Assembly: GCA_965223545.1 (NCBI GenBank)
Contig: OZ245006.1
Span: forward strand, 5,536,001 to 5,600,000
Direction of reading: 5' to 3'
Length of the DNA: 64,000 nucleotides
DNA from: Planctomycetota bacterium
GTDB taxonomy: Bacteria > Planctomycetota > UBA1135 > UBA2386
Under the pieces are notes generated by a model. It saw only the letters and a list, made by a program, of their open reading frames with translations, had not been told where the DNA came from and ran no database searches. The position numbers and the translations under genes were made by a program. The stretch's first letter is position 1, and every line of letters begins with the position of its first letter. Below, piece by piece: positions 1-9,822 of this stretch.

Positions 1-1
1 G

Positions 2-820
2 ATGGTGTCGTTCTGGGCCAAGGAGGCCAGCGAGAAGGCGCTGGAAGTCGAGGTGCTCGACGCCGCTGGCGAAGTGATCAAGGAGATCGAGCGCGTGCGT
101 GCGAAGGCCGGCGTCAACCGATTCCAGTGGCGGCTCGATCGCGACGCGCCGCGGGACGAAGCCGATGAGGAAGACGAAGAAGACGACAGTGAGCGCGGCG
201 GCCGGCGCGGCCGCGGTCGCGGTTTTCGCGGCAGCCTCCCGGTATTGCCCGGGACCTACACCGTGCGTGTGCGCATGGGCGAGCACGAGTCCAGCACCGA
301 GGTCGAAGTGCGCGCCGACCCGCGCGTCGAGATCGACGAAAGCGCGCGCCGCGCGAAGTACGCGGCCATGCAGCAGGCGCAGGCCGTCATGCAGCGCTTC
401 GAGGCCGTCAACAAGCGGCTGCGCGCGATCCGCGACCGCGTCGAGACCGTGCGTGGCCACATCAAGGGCCTGCGCAAGGCCGAGCGCGACGAGGGGGTCA
501 AGGCCTTGCAAGAGGCCGCCGACGCGGTCATCGAGGCGTTCGACGCGCTGGACAAGCGAATCTCGGGCGATCGCGAGGGCCAGGGCATCACTCGCGGCGA
601 CTCGCTATCCCGCCACCTGTTTCGGCCGCTCGGCTCGCTGCGCTCGTCGTGGGATGCGCCCACGGGCGCCCAGCAGCGCCACCTCGAGCGCGCCGAAGAG
701 GTGATGGCCGAGTTGACCGAGGAAGTGAACGCGCTGCTCACGGGCGTGGTGGAGAAGTACAACGACGCGCTGAAGAGCGCGCGGCTGTCGTTCGCGGCGG
801 AGACCGAGCCGCTCAAGTAG
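2..820 (+). CDS. C-terminal part of a large secreted protein, probably a BNR/VPS10-type glycosyl hydrolase-like protein (5' truncated by window edge)
   Basis: Ig-like segment (VEVLDAAGEVIK...AGVNRFQWRL...PGTYTVRV...VEVRADPR) followed by a helical tail, as in that family; ORF open at window start. Confidence 0.55.
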   Translation: MVSFWAKEASEKALEVEVLDAAGEVIKEIERVRAKAGVNRFQWRLDRDAPRDEADEEDEEDDSERGGRRGRGRGFRGSLPVLPGTYTVRVRMGEHESSTEVEVRADPRVEIDESARRAKYAAMQQAQAVMQRFEAVNKRLRAIRDRVETVRGHIKGLRKAERDEGVKALQEAADAVIEAFDALDKRISGDREGQGITRGDSLSRHLFRPLGSLRSSWDAPTGAQQRHLERAEEVMAELTEEVNALLTGVVEKYNDALKSARLSFAAETEPLK

Positions 821-1012
821 GACTGGGCCGTGCTTGATCGAGGATGGGGCGGCCGGCGCGTGCGCTACGATCGATCGCGGGCCGAGGCTTCGCGCGGTCG
901 TGTTGCGTTACGGTCTGGTCGCCGGTAGCCGCGTCCGACCCTCGTTTGCCTCTGGGCACTCGGTGGCAACGACGGTAGACTGTCGAGGTCGGGTAGTGCC
1001 CGAGTTGACCTC

Positions 1013-1251
1013 ATGGAATGGCAGCCTCACATCATCGCCGACCCCGCCGTCCTCGCGGGCAAGCCGATTGTCAAGGGGACCCGGCTCTCAGTGGAGTTCA
1101 TTCTGGGCTCCTGGCGAGCGGCTGGACCGAGGCCGAGGTTCTCGACAACTACCCGGCGCTGACGGAAGAATCGCTCCGAGCGGTCTTCGCGTTTGCCGCG
1201 GAAACGCTGGGTGACCAGTCGCTCTTCCCGCTGCAACGCGATGTCGGATGA
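1013..1251 (+). pseudogene. DUF433-family antitoxin, frameshifted near 1105-1108
   Basis: From ATG 1013: MEWQPHIIADPAVLAGKPIVKGTRLSVEFILG; continues in another frame as LLASGWTEAEVLDNYPALTEESLRAV. One extra G in the GGG run restores it. Confidence 0.85.
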
Positions 1252-1671
1252 CCCGGCTCCTCGCTGACGAGAATGTCCCAAGGGTGATGATTCGTCGTTT
1301 GCGCGACGCGGGCTATCCGGTCATTGCTGTGTCGGAGGAACTCGCGGGCCGTTCGGACAGCGAAGTGCTCGCGCGAGCGCGCGAAGAGGGCTTGGTGCTG
1401 GTCACATTCGATCGCGACTTCGGCGCACTCGCTGTTCCAGCAGCGGCACTCTGCGCCCGCGGGAATCGTAATGTTGCGCATCGTTCCCGGTACACCGGAG
1501 GAGCTTGTGGATCTGCTCCTTTCTGTTCTTCGCGATCGCCAGATTGATCTTCGCGGGCGGCTGACCGTTATCGATCCCGATCGGCGCCCAGCGCGTCCTG
1601 CAGTGCCGCGGCCAAGTGGCTTCGTTGCTTCGAATCGCGCAGCTCGTCGAGTTGAGCGATGCCCTCGTTGA
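1248..1671 (+). pseudogene. DUF5615 PIN-like toxin, frameshifted near 1432; true 3' end uncertain
   Basis: RLLADENV...SDSEVL...LVTFDRDFG motifs; second frame continues FQQRHSAPAGIVMLRI; ATGA overlap with the DUF433 stop. Confidence 0.8.
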
Positions 1672-2014
1672 GGGCGGCGCCGTCGACCCAAGCCATCGCC
1701 AGATACGGAATGCCGGCCGCGACGCCGACCGTGTGGACCGGAACGATGCCGGGGTGGTCGAGCCGTGCGATGGCCGCCACCTCGCGGTCGAACCGCTCGC
1801 GGATACCTTCGAACATCACCAGGTCGGGGCGCACCCTGCGCAGCAGCTCCAGCCGGCGCCGCACCGCGGGCGCGTGCGTGGGGTGTGCCGCGCAGACCTC
1901 TTCGAGTGTCTGCGCGCGTGGGTCGGCCAGCGTGGCCAGGATCGCGTCCAGCAGGCTCGAGACCGGGTAGGTCTGGGGCTTGCGTTGCGTCGAGGCGATC
2001 CGGGTCGGGTCCAT
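1568..2014 (-). pseudogene. Internally deleted Ser/Thr protein kinase remnant
   Basis: Has RERFDREVAAIARLDHPGIVPVHTVG...IPYLAMAWVDG but no Gly-rich loop, VAIK, HRD or DFG. Confidence 0.7.
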
Positions 2015-2021
2015 GGGCGCG

Positions 2022-2952
2022 CTACCGGGTCTGCGTGGCCGGGATCGTCATCCGCTGAATCCGTGCGATCGCGACGCGGACCCAGCCGTCGGTGGCGTCC
2101 CACGCCATGACCACCGACTCGTCGTCCTCGAGGGTACATGTGGCGCCGCCGGTTCGGATCGTCACGGTGGGCAAGTGCAGGACGAGCTTGTCGTCCTTGC
2201 CGGCGAGCGAGGTCTCGAAAGTCGGCAGCGGCTGCGGCACGTCGCCGTGGGTGACGCTCAGTGCCAGCCGCAGCCGGCGGTCGTCGAGCGCGCCGACGAT
2301 CGCTTCGACCGCACAACCGTCGCGGACGGTGCCGGTCTCGGGGTGCAGCTCGACCTTGCCGGGCCCCAATAGCTCGACGTGATAGTCCTTGATGTAGCTG
2401 ATCTCGCTGCCGATGAACGAATGCGCCGGCATGAGCGCGCGGGCACCGATCGCGTGGCCCGCTTCGGTTTGCGTGTGCGCGTTCCGGCGCAGGCGTCGAT
2501 CGAGTGCGGTGGCGGAAGCGCTGGCAACCACGACCGCGAAGCTGTCCTCGGCGTCGGTGTCGAGCCACGTCCGCAGTCCGGGCACGGCCTCGGCGGCAGC
2601 GGCTCTCGCCAGGGCGAGATCGGCGACCCGCGCGATGTCGACGTGCACGGTGCACGCAAGTGGAGCGGTGCCGCAGCAGGCCGTGCGCGGCGGCTTGGGT
2701 TGGCGGTGGCGCGGCAATCCTGACCTCGCCGTTCTCAAGCTCGATTCTGTCGTTAGCAAGCTCCAGTAGAGCCGCCAGGGATGCCGTCACGTGATCGGCT
2801 GGCAGTGGCGCCGCCTCGCTCGTGCGCAGCGCGAAGAGGTGCACCTCGCCGCCGGCTGCTTGGGGGTCGGGTCGCTTCTCTTGGGCGGGCACCGTGATCG
2901 CGAGACCGGAGGCGATCAGGAGGGCGTGCGCGGAGACTGCGGTTGAGTTCAT
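2022..2952 (-). pseudogene. Exported protein with a secretin-like C-terminal segment, frameshifted near 2670
   Basis: Signal peptide MNSTAVSAHALLIASGLAITVPAQ in one frame; second frame gives EISYIKDYHVE...PETGTVRDG...LPTFETSL...LHLPTV, which resembles planctomycete secretin-like domains (by recall). Confidence 0.45.
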
Positions 2953-3052
2953 GGGGTCGCGATCTGAGGGTTCGCGGGGCGCGGCGATCTTATCCACGAT
3001 GGCCCCGCCTTTTTTCTTGGCGGATCGACTTCGGCGTGCACGTTGAATCCGC

Positions 3053-4414
3053 ATGCGGTTGCTTTCGCTTCCCTTCATTGCGATTGCGTTCGGCTGCGGC
3101 GCGACGCCGATCACCGAGCTGCAGTACCGGCACTCACTGTCGGTGCGTCCCAGCGGGGGCCCGGAGCGGCTGGAGGTCACGCTGCCCGGTCCGAACGGCC
3201 CGGTCACCAGTGAGGTGCAAACCCGCGAGCAAGTGGCCGTGATGAAAGCGCAGATTGCCGAGCCTGGCGTGCGGCGCGTCCTGATCTACGTGCATGGTGG
3301 TCTCAATTCCACCGAGGAGGGCCTCGAGCGCACAGCGCGGCTCGCGCCCCTGATCCTGGCCGAAACGGGTGGATCGACGTATCCGATCTTCATCAACTGG
3401 AACTCTCAGTTGGGTTCGTCTTACTGGGATCACTTGTTCCACTACCGCAAGGGGCGGCGGGTCGCTGATTTCTGGGGAGCGGTCTCCTCTCCGTTCATCC
3501 TCGTCGCGGATGTGGGGCGAGCTCTCGCGCGCCTGCCGATCGTGTTCTGGGACCAGGGCAGCGCCGCGGCGAACCGCCTGTGGCGGACGGTTCAGCCGGC
3601 TGCGATTCCACCGCGCTGGCGGGATCGGGTCGTGCTGGACGAACGCTACGAGTGGAGTGCGCTGGCGACCTGGAGCGATGCGGTGACTCAGGTTGTCCCC
3701 GGTGTGTTGCGCGTGATCACGACCCCGCTCATCGACACTGTGGGCTTCGAGGGGTATCGCTTGCTCGAGAGGCGGATCGACACGTTGTTTCGGAGGAACG
3801 AGGACTTGCGGTCGCGTTCCGAGCGGCCCAAGGGCGTGCTGTACGAGTTGATGGAGGCGATCAAACCCGAGATCGAGATCGTTCTGATCGGGCACAGCAT
3901 GGGGACCATCGTCCTCAACGAGCTCATTCGGCGTTTCCCGCGGCACAACTTCCGCCACATCGTCTACATGGGCGCGGCGTGCACCACGAAGGACTTCATG
4001 GACGCGGTTCCCGCCTACCTCACGCGCAATTCGGCGAGTGAGTTCTACGGCTTGTGTCTGCATCCGGCTGCCGATGAGAACGAGGTCACGGCTTGGAGCA
4101 CCGTGCCCAACGGCAGCCTGCTCGAGTGGCTCGACGCCTACGTTCTGGGGCCGCGGACGCAGCTTCATCGCACGTTTGGCAAGTGGAACAACGCGGTGCG
4201 CGCGCTCAGCATGTTCAACGACCTGCACCCGTGCGTGGCGAAACGCATCCACCTCAAGGGGTTCCCGGTGGTCGGCGATCAGTTCCCGAACCACCACGGG
4301 GCCTTCGACGAGTACCGGTTTTGGGCACCGGAGTACTGGAGCCCGGCCAACGATCAGCCGGTCGCGACCGTGGAACAGGCTAGGGCCGCGCTCGCCGTCG
4401 CCAGCCCCGAGTAG
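3053..4414 (+). CDS. Alpha/beta-hydrolase fold lipoprotein (esterase/lipase-like)
   Basis: Lipobox-like IAFGC, YVHGG oxyanion motif, GHSMG nucleophile elbow, C-terminal His (HHGAFD). Confidence 0.7.
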   Translation: MRLLSLPFIAIAFGCGATPITELQYRHSLSVRPSGGPERLEVTLPGPNGPVTSEVQTREQVAVMKAQIAEPGVRRVLIYVHGGLNSTEEGLERTARLAPLILAETGGSTYPIFINWNSQLGSSYWDHLFHYRKGRRVADFWGAVSSPFILVADVGRALARLPIVFWDQGSAAANRLWRTVQPAAIPPRWRDRVVLDERYEWSALATWSDAVTQVVPGVLRVITTPLIDTVGFEGYRLLERRIDTLFRRNEDLRSRSERPKGVLYELMEAIKPEIEIVLIGHSMGTIVLNELIRRFPRHNFRHIVYMGAACTTKDFMDAVPAYLTRNSASEFYGLCLHPAADENEVTAWSTVPNGSLLEWLDAYVLGPRTQLHRTFGKWNNAVRALSMFNDLHPCVAKRIHLKGFPVVGDQFPNHHGAFDEYRFWAPEYWSPANDQPVATVEQARAALAVASPE

Positions 4415-4468
4415 CTGCCTCGGGAACGTTGCCGCAGAAGCGCTCGTCTGCGACGCTCGGGCAGTCGC

Positions 4469-6067
4469 ATGCGCACTCCACTTCTCTTCCTTGTCTTTGC
4501 GCTCGTCGCCACGGGCGACCGGTCTGCCACCGCGCAGGCCGCCACCAAGCGCCCCAACATCCTGTTCATCTTCAGCGACGATCACGCGACTGACGCGATC
4601 GGCGCCTACGGCGGGCGGCTCGCGGGCCTGAATCCCACGCCACACATCGATGCGCTCGCGGCGCAGGGCATGCTGTTTCGCAACAGCTTCTGCACCAACG
4701 CCATCTGCGGGCCGAGCCGGGCGGTGATCCTGACCGGCAAGCACAGCCACGTGAACGGCTTCATGCGCAACGGCAACCGCTTCGACGGCGACCAGCAGAC
4801 TTTTCCCAAGCTGCTGCGGGCCGTGGGCTACCGCACGGCGGTGATCGGCAAGTGGCACCTCGGCAGCGAGCCGCAGGGGTTCGACCACTGGGAGGTGCTG
4901 CCGGGGCAGGGCGACTACTACAACCCGGTGCTCGAGTCGGCGGCGGGGAAGCGGCGGGTGGAGGGATACTGCACCGACGTGGTCACCGATCTGGCGATCG
5001 AGTGGCTCGAGGGCAACGCCGGCGAGCAGCCGTTCTTGCTGATGTGCCAGCACAAGGCGCCGCACCGCAACTGGATGCCGGCGCCGCGCCATCTGCGCAG
5101 CTACGCCGAGGGTGAGATCCCCGAGCCGGAGACGCTGTTCGATACGTTCGAGGACAACGCCAGCCCGGCGCGGCGCGCCGAGATGCGCGTCGACGAGCAC
5201 CTCAACCTGGTCTACGACCTGTTCGTGCCGCCGGACGAGGACTGGGATCCGAGCGCGGGCGTGGCGCTCGACAGCTCGGGCTTTCGCAACCTCGACGACA
5301 TGACCGAGGCGCAGCGCGCGGCGTGGGACGCCGCGTTCGCCGCCGACAACGAGGCCTTTCGCGCGGCCGGGCTTACCGGTCGCGATCTCGTACGCTGGAA
5401 GTACCAGCGCTACATGCGCAACTACCTCGCCACGGTTCGCGGTCTCGACGAGGGCGTCGGCCGGCTGCTGGAGTGGCTGGACCGCGCTGGCTTGGCCGAC
5501 GACACGATCGTCGTCTACGCATCCGACCAGGGCTTCTACCTCGGCGACCACGGCTGGTACGACAAGCGCTGGATGTACGACGAGTCGCTGCGCATGCCGC
5601 TGATCGTGCGTTGGCCCGGGCGCGTCGCCCCGGGTTCGGTCGACACGCACTTGGTGCAGAACCTCGACTACGCGGCGACGTTCTTGGAGGCCGCAGGGGT
5701 CGCGGTGCCGGCCGACCTGCAGGGTCGGTCGCTGTTGCCGCTGCTGCGGGGCGCGCCGGTCGAGGATTGGCGCACGGCGATCTACTACCACTACTTCGCC
5801 TACCCCAGCGTGCACATGGTGGCGCGGCACTACGGCATCCGCACCGAGCGGTTCAAGCTGATCCGCTTCTATCAAATGGACGAGTGGGAGCTGTACGACC
5901 TGCAGACCGATCCGGACGAGCGGACCAACGTGTTCGGGGAGTCCGCGATGCGCGGCGTCGCCGCCAGGCTCGCCGAGCAGCTCGGCGCGCTGCGCGCCCA
6001 CTTTGGCGATCAGACCGACGTCGCCGTCATGCCGGACGAGTGGCGGCGGCAGCAGCGGCGCGGCTGA
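4469..6067 (+). CDS. Secreted formylglycine-dependent sulfatase (N-acetylglucosamine-6-sulfatase-like)
   Basis: Signal peptide, RPNILFIFSDDH, CGPSRAVILTGKHSH, GKWHL, HKAPHRNW, SDQGFYLGDHGWYDKRWMY. Confidence 0.92.
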   Translation: MRTPLLFLVFALVATGDRSATAQAATKRPNILFIFSDDHATDAIGAYGGRLAGLNPTPHIDALAAQGMLFRNSFCTNAICGPSRAVILTGKHSHVNGFMRNGNRFDGDQQTFPKLLRAVGYRTAVIGKWHLGSEPQGFDHWEVLPGQGDYYNPVLESAAGKRRVEGYCTDVVTDLAIEWLEGNAGEQPFLLMCQHKAPHRNWMPAPRHLRSYAEGEIPEPETLFDTFEDNASPARRAEMRVDEHLNLVYDLFVPPDEDWDPSAGVALDSSGFRNLDDMTEAQRAAWDAAFAADNEAFRAAGLTGRDLVRWKYQRYMRNYLATVRGLDEGVGRLLEWLDRAGLADDTIVVYASDQGFYLGDHGWYDKRWMYDESLRMPLIVRWPGRVAPGSVDTHLVQNLDYAATFLEAAGVAVPADLQGRSLLPLLRGAPVEDWRTAIYYHYFAYPSVHMVARHYGIRTERFKLIRFYQMDEWELYDLQTDPDERTNVFGESAMRGVAARLAEQLGALRAHFGDQTDVAVMPDEWRRQQRRG

Positions 6068-6069
6068 GC

Positions 6070-6250
6070 CGGTCGTTCGGGTTCAGAGGCCCGCCTGGCT
6101 CTTGATGCCGGCGAAAGAACGTGCGGTCATCGGCCGCCGCTCGCCCGGCCAGGAGTTCGGTGGCTCCTCCGGCGGCCGGATACCGCAGCCGGTCGGTGCC
6201 ATCGGTCACGGCGCGCAGGATGACCTCGGCGACGGCGACCGGGGGTGAAG
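6070..6250 (-). pseudogene. C-terminal remnant of a short-chain dehydrogenase/reductase
   Basis: Minus-strand translation SPPVAVAEVILRAVTDGTDRLRYPAAGGATELLAGRAAADDRTFF resembles an SDR C-terminus; no N-terminal Rossmann part upstream. Confidence 0.55.
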
Positions 6251-6369
6251 CGTCGGAGAGGAGTCGCAGAGGGCAGACCCGGAGCCAGCACTGGCTCTCG
6301 TTACGGTTGGTCGGAGAAGCTCGGCGAGCAAGGTGCGGCGCGGCGAGTCCCGTACGCCGTTGGCTACCA

Positions 6370-7548
6370 CTAACGGGGAACCGCAGTCAAGAGTAGCTCC
6401 ACCTGCGCCACGTCCTCGCCGAGGATGAGCTCGCGTTCGGGCGAGGGCCGTATGGAGTGGAACGGGGTTTGGAGCGACGCGGGGCGCAGCCGATACGGAA
6501 CAGAGGACACATTCGCGTCGCCGCGCGGAAGGCCGCGGAGCAGTAGCGGTTCGCCAACCGGCACGATGATGACGTTGTGGCCCCAGTGGGGACCGTTCCT
6601 GCCGGCGCTGACGAGCACGACCGCGTGTGCCGCCCTGGTGTCGCGGTAGACCTGCAGTGGCTCCAGCGGATCGCCGTCGCCTTGGGCGACGTCGACCTGG
6701 AGCGCGATGTCGCCACCGAGGTTCAGCGGGCGCAGCGCACCCAAGTCGCGTGTTTCCCCCGCGGCCAGCGAGAGCTCGACAGAGGCAAACCGTACGCTTC
6801 GTGGGGAGTCGTACCAGAACGCTCGCAGCACCTTTGGCCCAGGGGCCGCCGACGCGACCTGCACGCCACCGCGGTCGTCGATCGTAGCGCGTGCTTCCTC
6901 GCGGATGGCGGACACCCTCCGGGCTTCCGGCCCGGCTCGGTGGGCCGTGATCGCGAAGAGAACCGCCCCGGCGATGGGCCGCTCGGCGCACAGCGGCAAC
7001 CGTGCGCGGACGCTGCTCGGCGCGGTTGCGCAGATGCTCACCTCGGTGGTGGCTCCGTTTCGTACCTCGAGGTTGCCGGAGAGGTTCCTGGGAGCATCGT
7101 GCCGCATTGCCACGCCGTCCCCGGTCCAGGTGGGGACAGAATGTTCATGGGCGGGCGTGATCTCCACCGCGGCTGCTCGGAGCACGCCGATCCGGTACCC
7201 CATCGCTGCCGGCAGGGCAACGAACCTGGCGCTGCCCGCGGCATCGGTGGTCGCCTGCCACACGATATCGTCGTGCTGCGCGACGACGTTCTCGGGGTAG
7301 CCACGCACGCCCGGCGCAGCGAGGTCGACTGGCCGGAAGCTCGCCCAGCGGCGGCCGAAGGGCGGGCCAGAGGAGACTGGCGGCAGCAACTGAAGTGCCA
7401 ACCCCGCCACCGGGGCTCCGGCTTCGTCCAGCGCGCGGATGGACAGCGAACCCAGCGCGTCCTGGGCCGGCAGGAGAACGGCACCCGCGAGCGCGAGCAC
7501 TGCCGCGGCGAGGCCTTGGTTGCGAAAGGTGCGGTGGCAGGGGTACAC
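6370..7548 (-). CDS. Secreted protein with carboxypeptidase-regulatory-like (beta-sandwich) domains
   Basis: Probable GTG start at 7548; signal peptide ...LAAAVLALAGAVLLPAQ; RALDEAGAPVAG, TTDAAGSARFVALP and LAAGETRDLG motifs. Confidence 0.65.
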   Translation of the reverse strand: MYPCHRTFRNQGLAAAVLALAGAVLLPAQDALGSLSIRALDEAGAPVAGLALQLLPPVSSGPPFGRRWASFRPVDLAAPGVRGYPENVVAQHDDIVWQATTDAAGSARFVALPAAMGYRIGVLRAAAVEITPAHEHSVPTWTGDGVAMRHDAPRNLSGNLEVRNGATTEVSICATAPSSVRARLPLCAERPIAGAVLFAITAHRAGPEARRVSAIREEARATIDDRGGVQVASAAPGPKVLRAFWYDSPRSVRFASVELSLAAGETRDLGALRPLNLGGDIALQVDVAQGDGDPLEPLQVYRDTRAAHAVVLVSAGRNGPHWGHNVIIVPVGEPLLLRGLPRGDANVSSVPYRLRPASLQTPFHSIRPSPERELILGEDVAQVELLLTAVPR

Positions 7549-7556
7549 AATCGGCC

Positions 7557-8225
7557 TCAGCTCAGGATGACGAGGGTGGACATGTGGGCGATCGATCGCG
7601 CGAATGCTGTCGCCCAGGTCCCGGAAGCCGAGACCTTGGTGTTCGCGACGGTGAAGTTGCGGAACCAGACCGTGTCGCCGGGCGGCACGAGGTGGCTGAA
7701 CCAGCCTTGGCGCGAGTAGTCGCTGTCGTTGTCGCTGAAGGCGCTGTTCGCCAAGATGGTCTTGGTGACGAAGGCTTCGGCCTTGATCGGCGCGCCCAGC
7801 AGGTTCGTGGTGAACTCGGCCAGCGCGTAGGCCTCTGCGGAGGCGCGGCCGTTGCCGGTGGCCAGGTCGATCTCGACATGGACCCCGACCTCGTTGAGGT
7901 GCTGCGCCTTGCCGAAGCCCGGGCCGTTCCAGAGATACTCCGCGAAGTTCACTTCGTTGACGTAGCAGCGCGCGGACCCCGTGGCGTCGTCGACCTGGGC
8001 GCTCGTGGTCGAGTGCGTGAAGTTGTCCTGCGTGTCGCCGGTGGCCGTGGCGTTCTGGGTAGCGGTGCAGTCGATGTTCGGCGTGGACACCGACGAGATG
8101 ACGACCCACCCCGGATCGTTCACCTGGATGTGGAGCCCCGGCGGCAGCAGCTGACCCTGGGCAGGAGCGGTGGACGCGAGCGCAGCGAGAACGCCGATGG
8201 CGACGATCGTGGATCGGATTTGCAT
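7557..8225 (-). CDS. Hypothetical secreted Thr/Asn/Ser-rich protein
   Basis: ATG 8225 after a purine-rich tract; signal peptide MQIRSTIVAIGVLAALASTAPAQ; GC-ending codons. Confidence 0.75.
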   Translation of the reverse strand: MQIRSTIVAIGVLAALASTAPAQGQLLPPGLHIQVNDPGWVVISSVSTPNIDCTATQNATATGDTQDNFTHSTTSAQVDDATGSARCYVNEVNFAEYLWNGPGFGKAQHLNEVGVHVEIDLATGNGRASAEAYALAEFTTNLLGAPIKAEAFVTKTILANSAFSDNDSDYSRQGWFSHLVPPGDTVWFRNFTVANTKVSASGTWATAFARSIAHMSTLVILS

Positions 8226-8464
8226 AGCAGTTGCTCTTCTTCTTCTTCTCTCATGCGCTCGCGAACCTGAAGCGATGACGACGGGCTGCGAGCGCGGCGC
8301 CCTCCGTCGGTAAGTTAAGGCGACAGGCTCGGCGCAAGGCGGGCCGCGCGAATCGAGGGATCCTGGTTGGCGCCCATTACTTTTGTGCAACGAGGAGCGG
8401 CCGTGGCTCCTGGCTCAGCGCGGCCGCGGCCGTGGATCGTGAGGGGGGTGCGCGCCAGATGAAT

Positions 8465-8490
8465 TAGTGCTATAGAACGGTAGAGCACTA
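8465..8490. promoter_or_regulatory. Inverted-repeat operator, probable autoregulatory site of the YtrA-type GntR
   Basis: TAGTGCTATA-N6-TAGAGCACTA, 9/10 dyad match, AT-rich, 13 bp before the GntR ATG. Confidence 0.75.
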
Positions 8491-8503
8491 TAGCGCGACC
8501 TCC

Positions 8504-8926
8504 ATGCACCTCACCATCCAGCCCGGCGACGACGTGCCGATCTACCGGCAGATCGTGCGCCAAATCCAGCAGGCCGTCGCGGCCGGCCGCCTGCGTGCTG
8601 GCGAACGTGTGCCGTCGCAGCGCGAACTGGGCGCCCGCCTAGTGGTGTCCCCCCTCACCGTCAAGAAGGCCTACGACGAGCTCGAGCGGGAGGGCGTGCT
8701 GGAGACGAGGCGCGGGCAGGGCACGTTCGTTGCCAACGCCGCTGGACAAGCATCGAGCGGGGGGAAGCGGGCGCGCCTCGGCGCCCTCTCGCCGGTGGTC
8801 CGGAGGCTGCTCGGCGAGGCGTGGGCAGCCGGTATCCCCCTCGAACAGGTGCTCGAGCTGGTCCGGCGCGAGGCAGAGCGCCTCGGCGCCGAGCGCGCTC
8901 GGCACAGCATGACGGGCAAGCCATGA
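8504..8926 (+). CDS. GntR-family regulator (YtrA subfamily)
   Basis: PIYRQI...GERVPSQREL...VSPLTVKKAYDELEREG...RRGQGTFV; short C-terminus; precedes an ABC ATPase. Confidence 0.93.
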   Translation: MHLTIQPGDDVPIYRQIVRQIQQAVAAGRLRAGERVPSQRELGARLVVSPLTVKKAYDELEREGVLETRRGQGTFVANAAGQASSGGKRARLGALSPVVRRLLGEAWAAGIPLEQVLELVRREAERLGAERARHSMTGKP

Positions 8927-9822
8927 ACAACACCCTCATCCGCATCGACGACTTGACCCAGGCCTACGAGACCGGCGTGCCGGTCTTGGAGCGGCTGACG
9001 CTCGAAGTCACCCGCGGCGAGGTGGTGGGTCTCCTGGGACGCAACGGCGCCGGCAAGACCACTCTCCTGCACACCCTGATCGGGGTTATGGCCGCGCAAT
9101 CGGGGCGCGTCGTGGTGTTCGGCCTGGACCCGTTCGAGGCCGGCGTCGAGGTCAAGAAGCGGTGCGGCTTCGTCGCCGAGGATCAGGTGCTGCCGCGCTA
9201 CCTGCAGGTCGAGCAGGTCTTGGCGCTGCACCGCGCGCTCTACCCGACCTGGGATCGTGATCTCGAAGCCGGGCTCTGCCAGCGCTTCGCCGTCTCCCGC
9301 GACCGCCGCGTCGCGCAGCTGAGCAAAGGGCAGGCGCGGCAGCTCGCGCTGATCTGCGCGATGGCGCACCGCCCCGAGCTGCTGCTGTTGGACGAGCCCG
9401 CGGGTGGGCTCGACCCCGCGTTGCGTCGCGAGTTCTTGGCGACAGCGATCGACATGCTCGGCCGGGATGGCACGACGGTGCTGTTCTCCTCGCACTACGT
9501 CGACGACGTCGAGCGCATCGCCAGCCGGCTCGTGCTGCTCGAGGACGGCCGCGCTCTGATCGACGACGACCTTGACACGGTGCAGGAAGGCTACGCGGTC
9601 GCGACGCTCGCTCCGCTGGACGCCGAGACCTTGATCGAGATCCGCGCAGTCCCCGGTTGTCTGGCGGCGCGTGCCACCGACGACGGTGCGCTCGGGGTTT
9701 TCCGCGGCGCGCCGACCGCGGTTCGCGAAGTGGTCGGGCCGCTCGCCAACGGTGCCGTGCTCGACTGCCGCACGGTTCCTCTCGAAGAGCTGTTCGTCGC
9801 GATCGCCGGGGGACGCCGATGA
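8923..9822 (+). CDS. ABC transporter ATP-binding protein
   Basis: [28 protein letters not shown] overlap with GntR. Confidence 0.95.
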   Translation: MNNTLIRIDDLTQAYETGVPVLERLTLEVTRGEVVGLLGRNGAGKTTLLHTLIGVMAAQSGRVVVFGLDPFEAGVEVKKRCGFVAEDQVLPRYLQVEQVLALHRALYPTWDRDLEAGLCQRFAVSRDRRVAQLSKGQARQLALICAMAHRPELLLLDEPAGGLDPALRREFLATAIDMLGRDGTTVLFSSHYVDDVERIASRLVLLEDGRALIDDDLDTVQEGYAVATLAPLDAETLIEIRAVPGCLAARATDDGALGVFRGAPTAVREVVGPLANGAVLDCRTVPLEELFVAIAGGRR

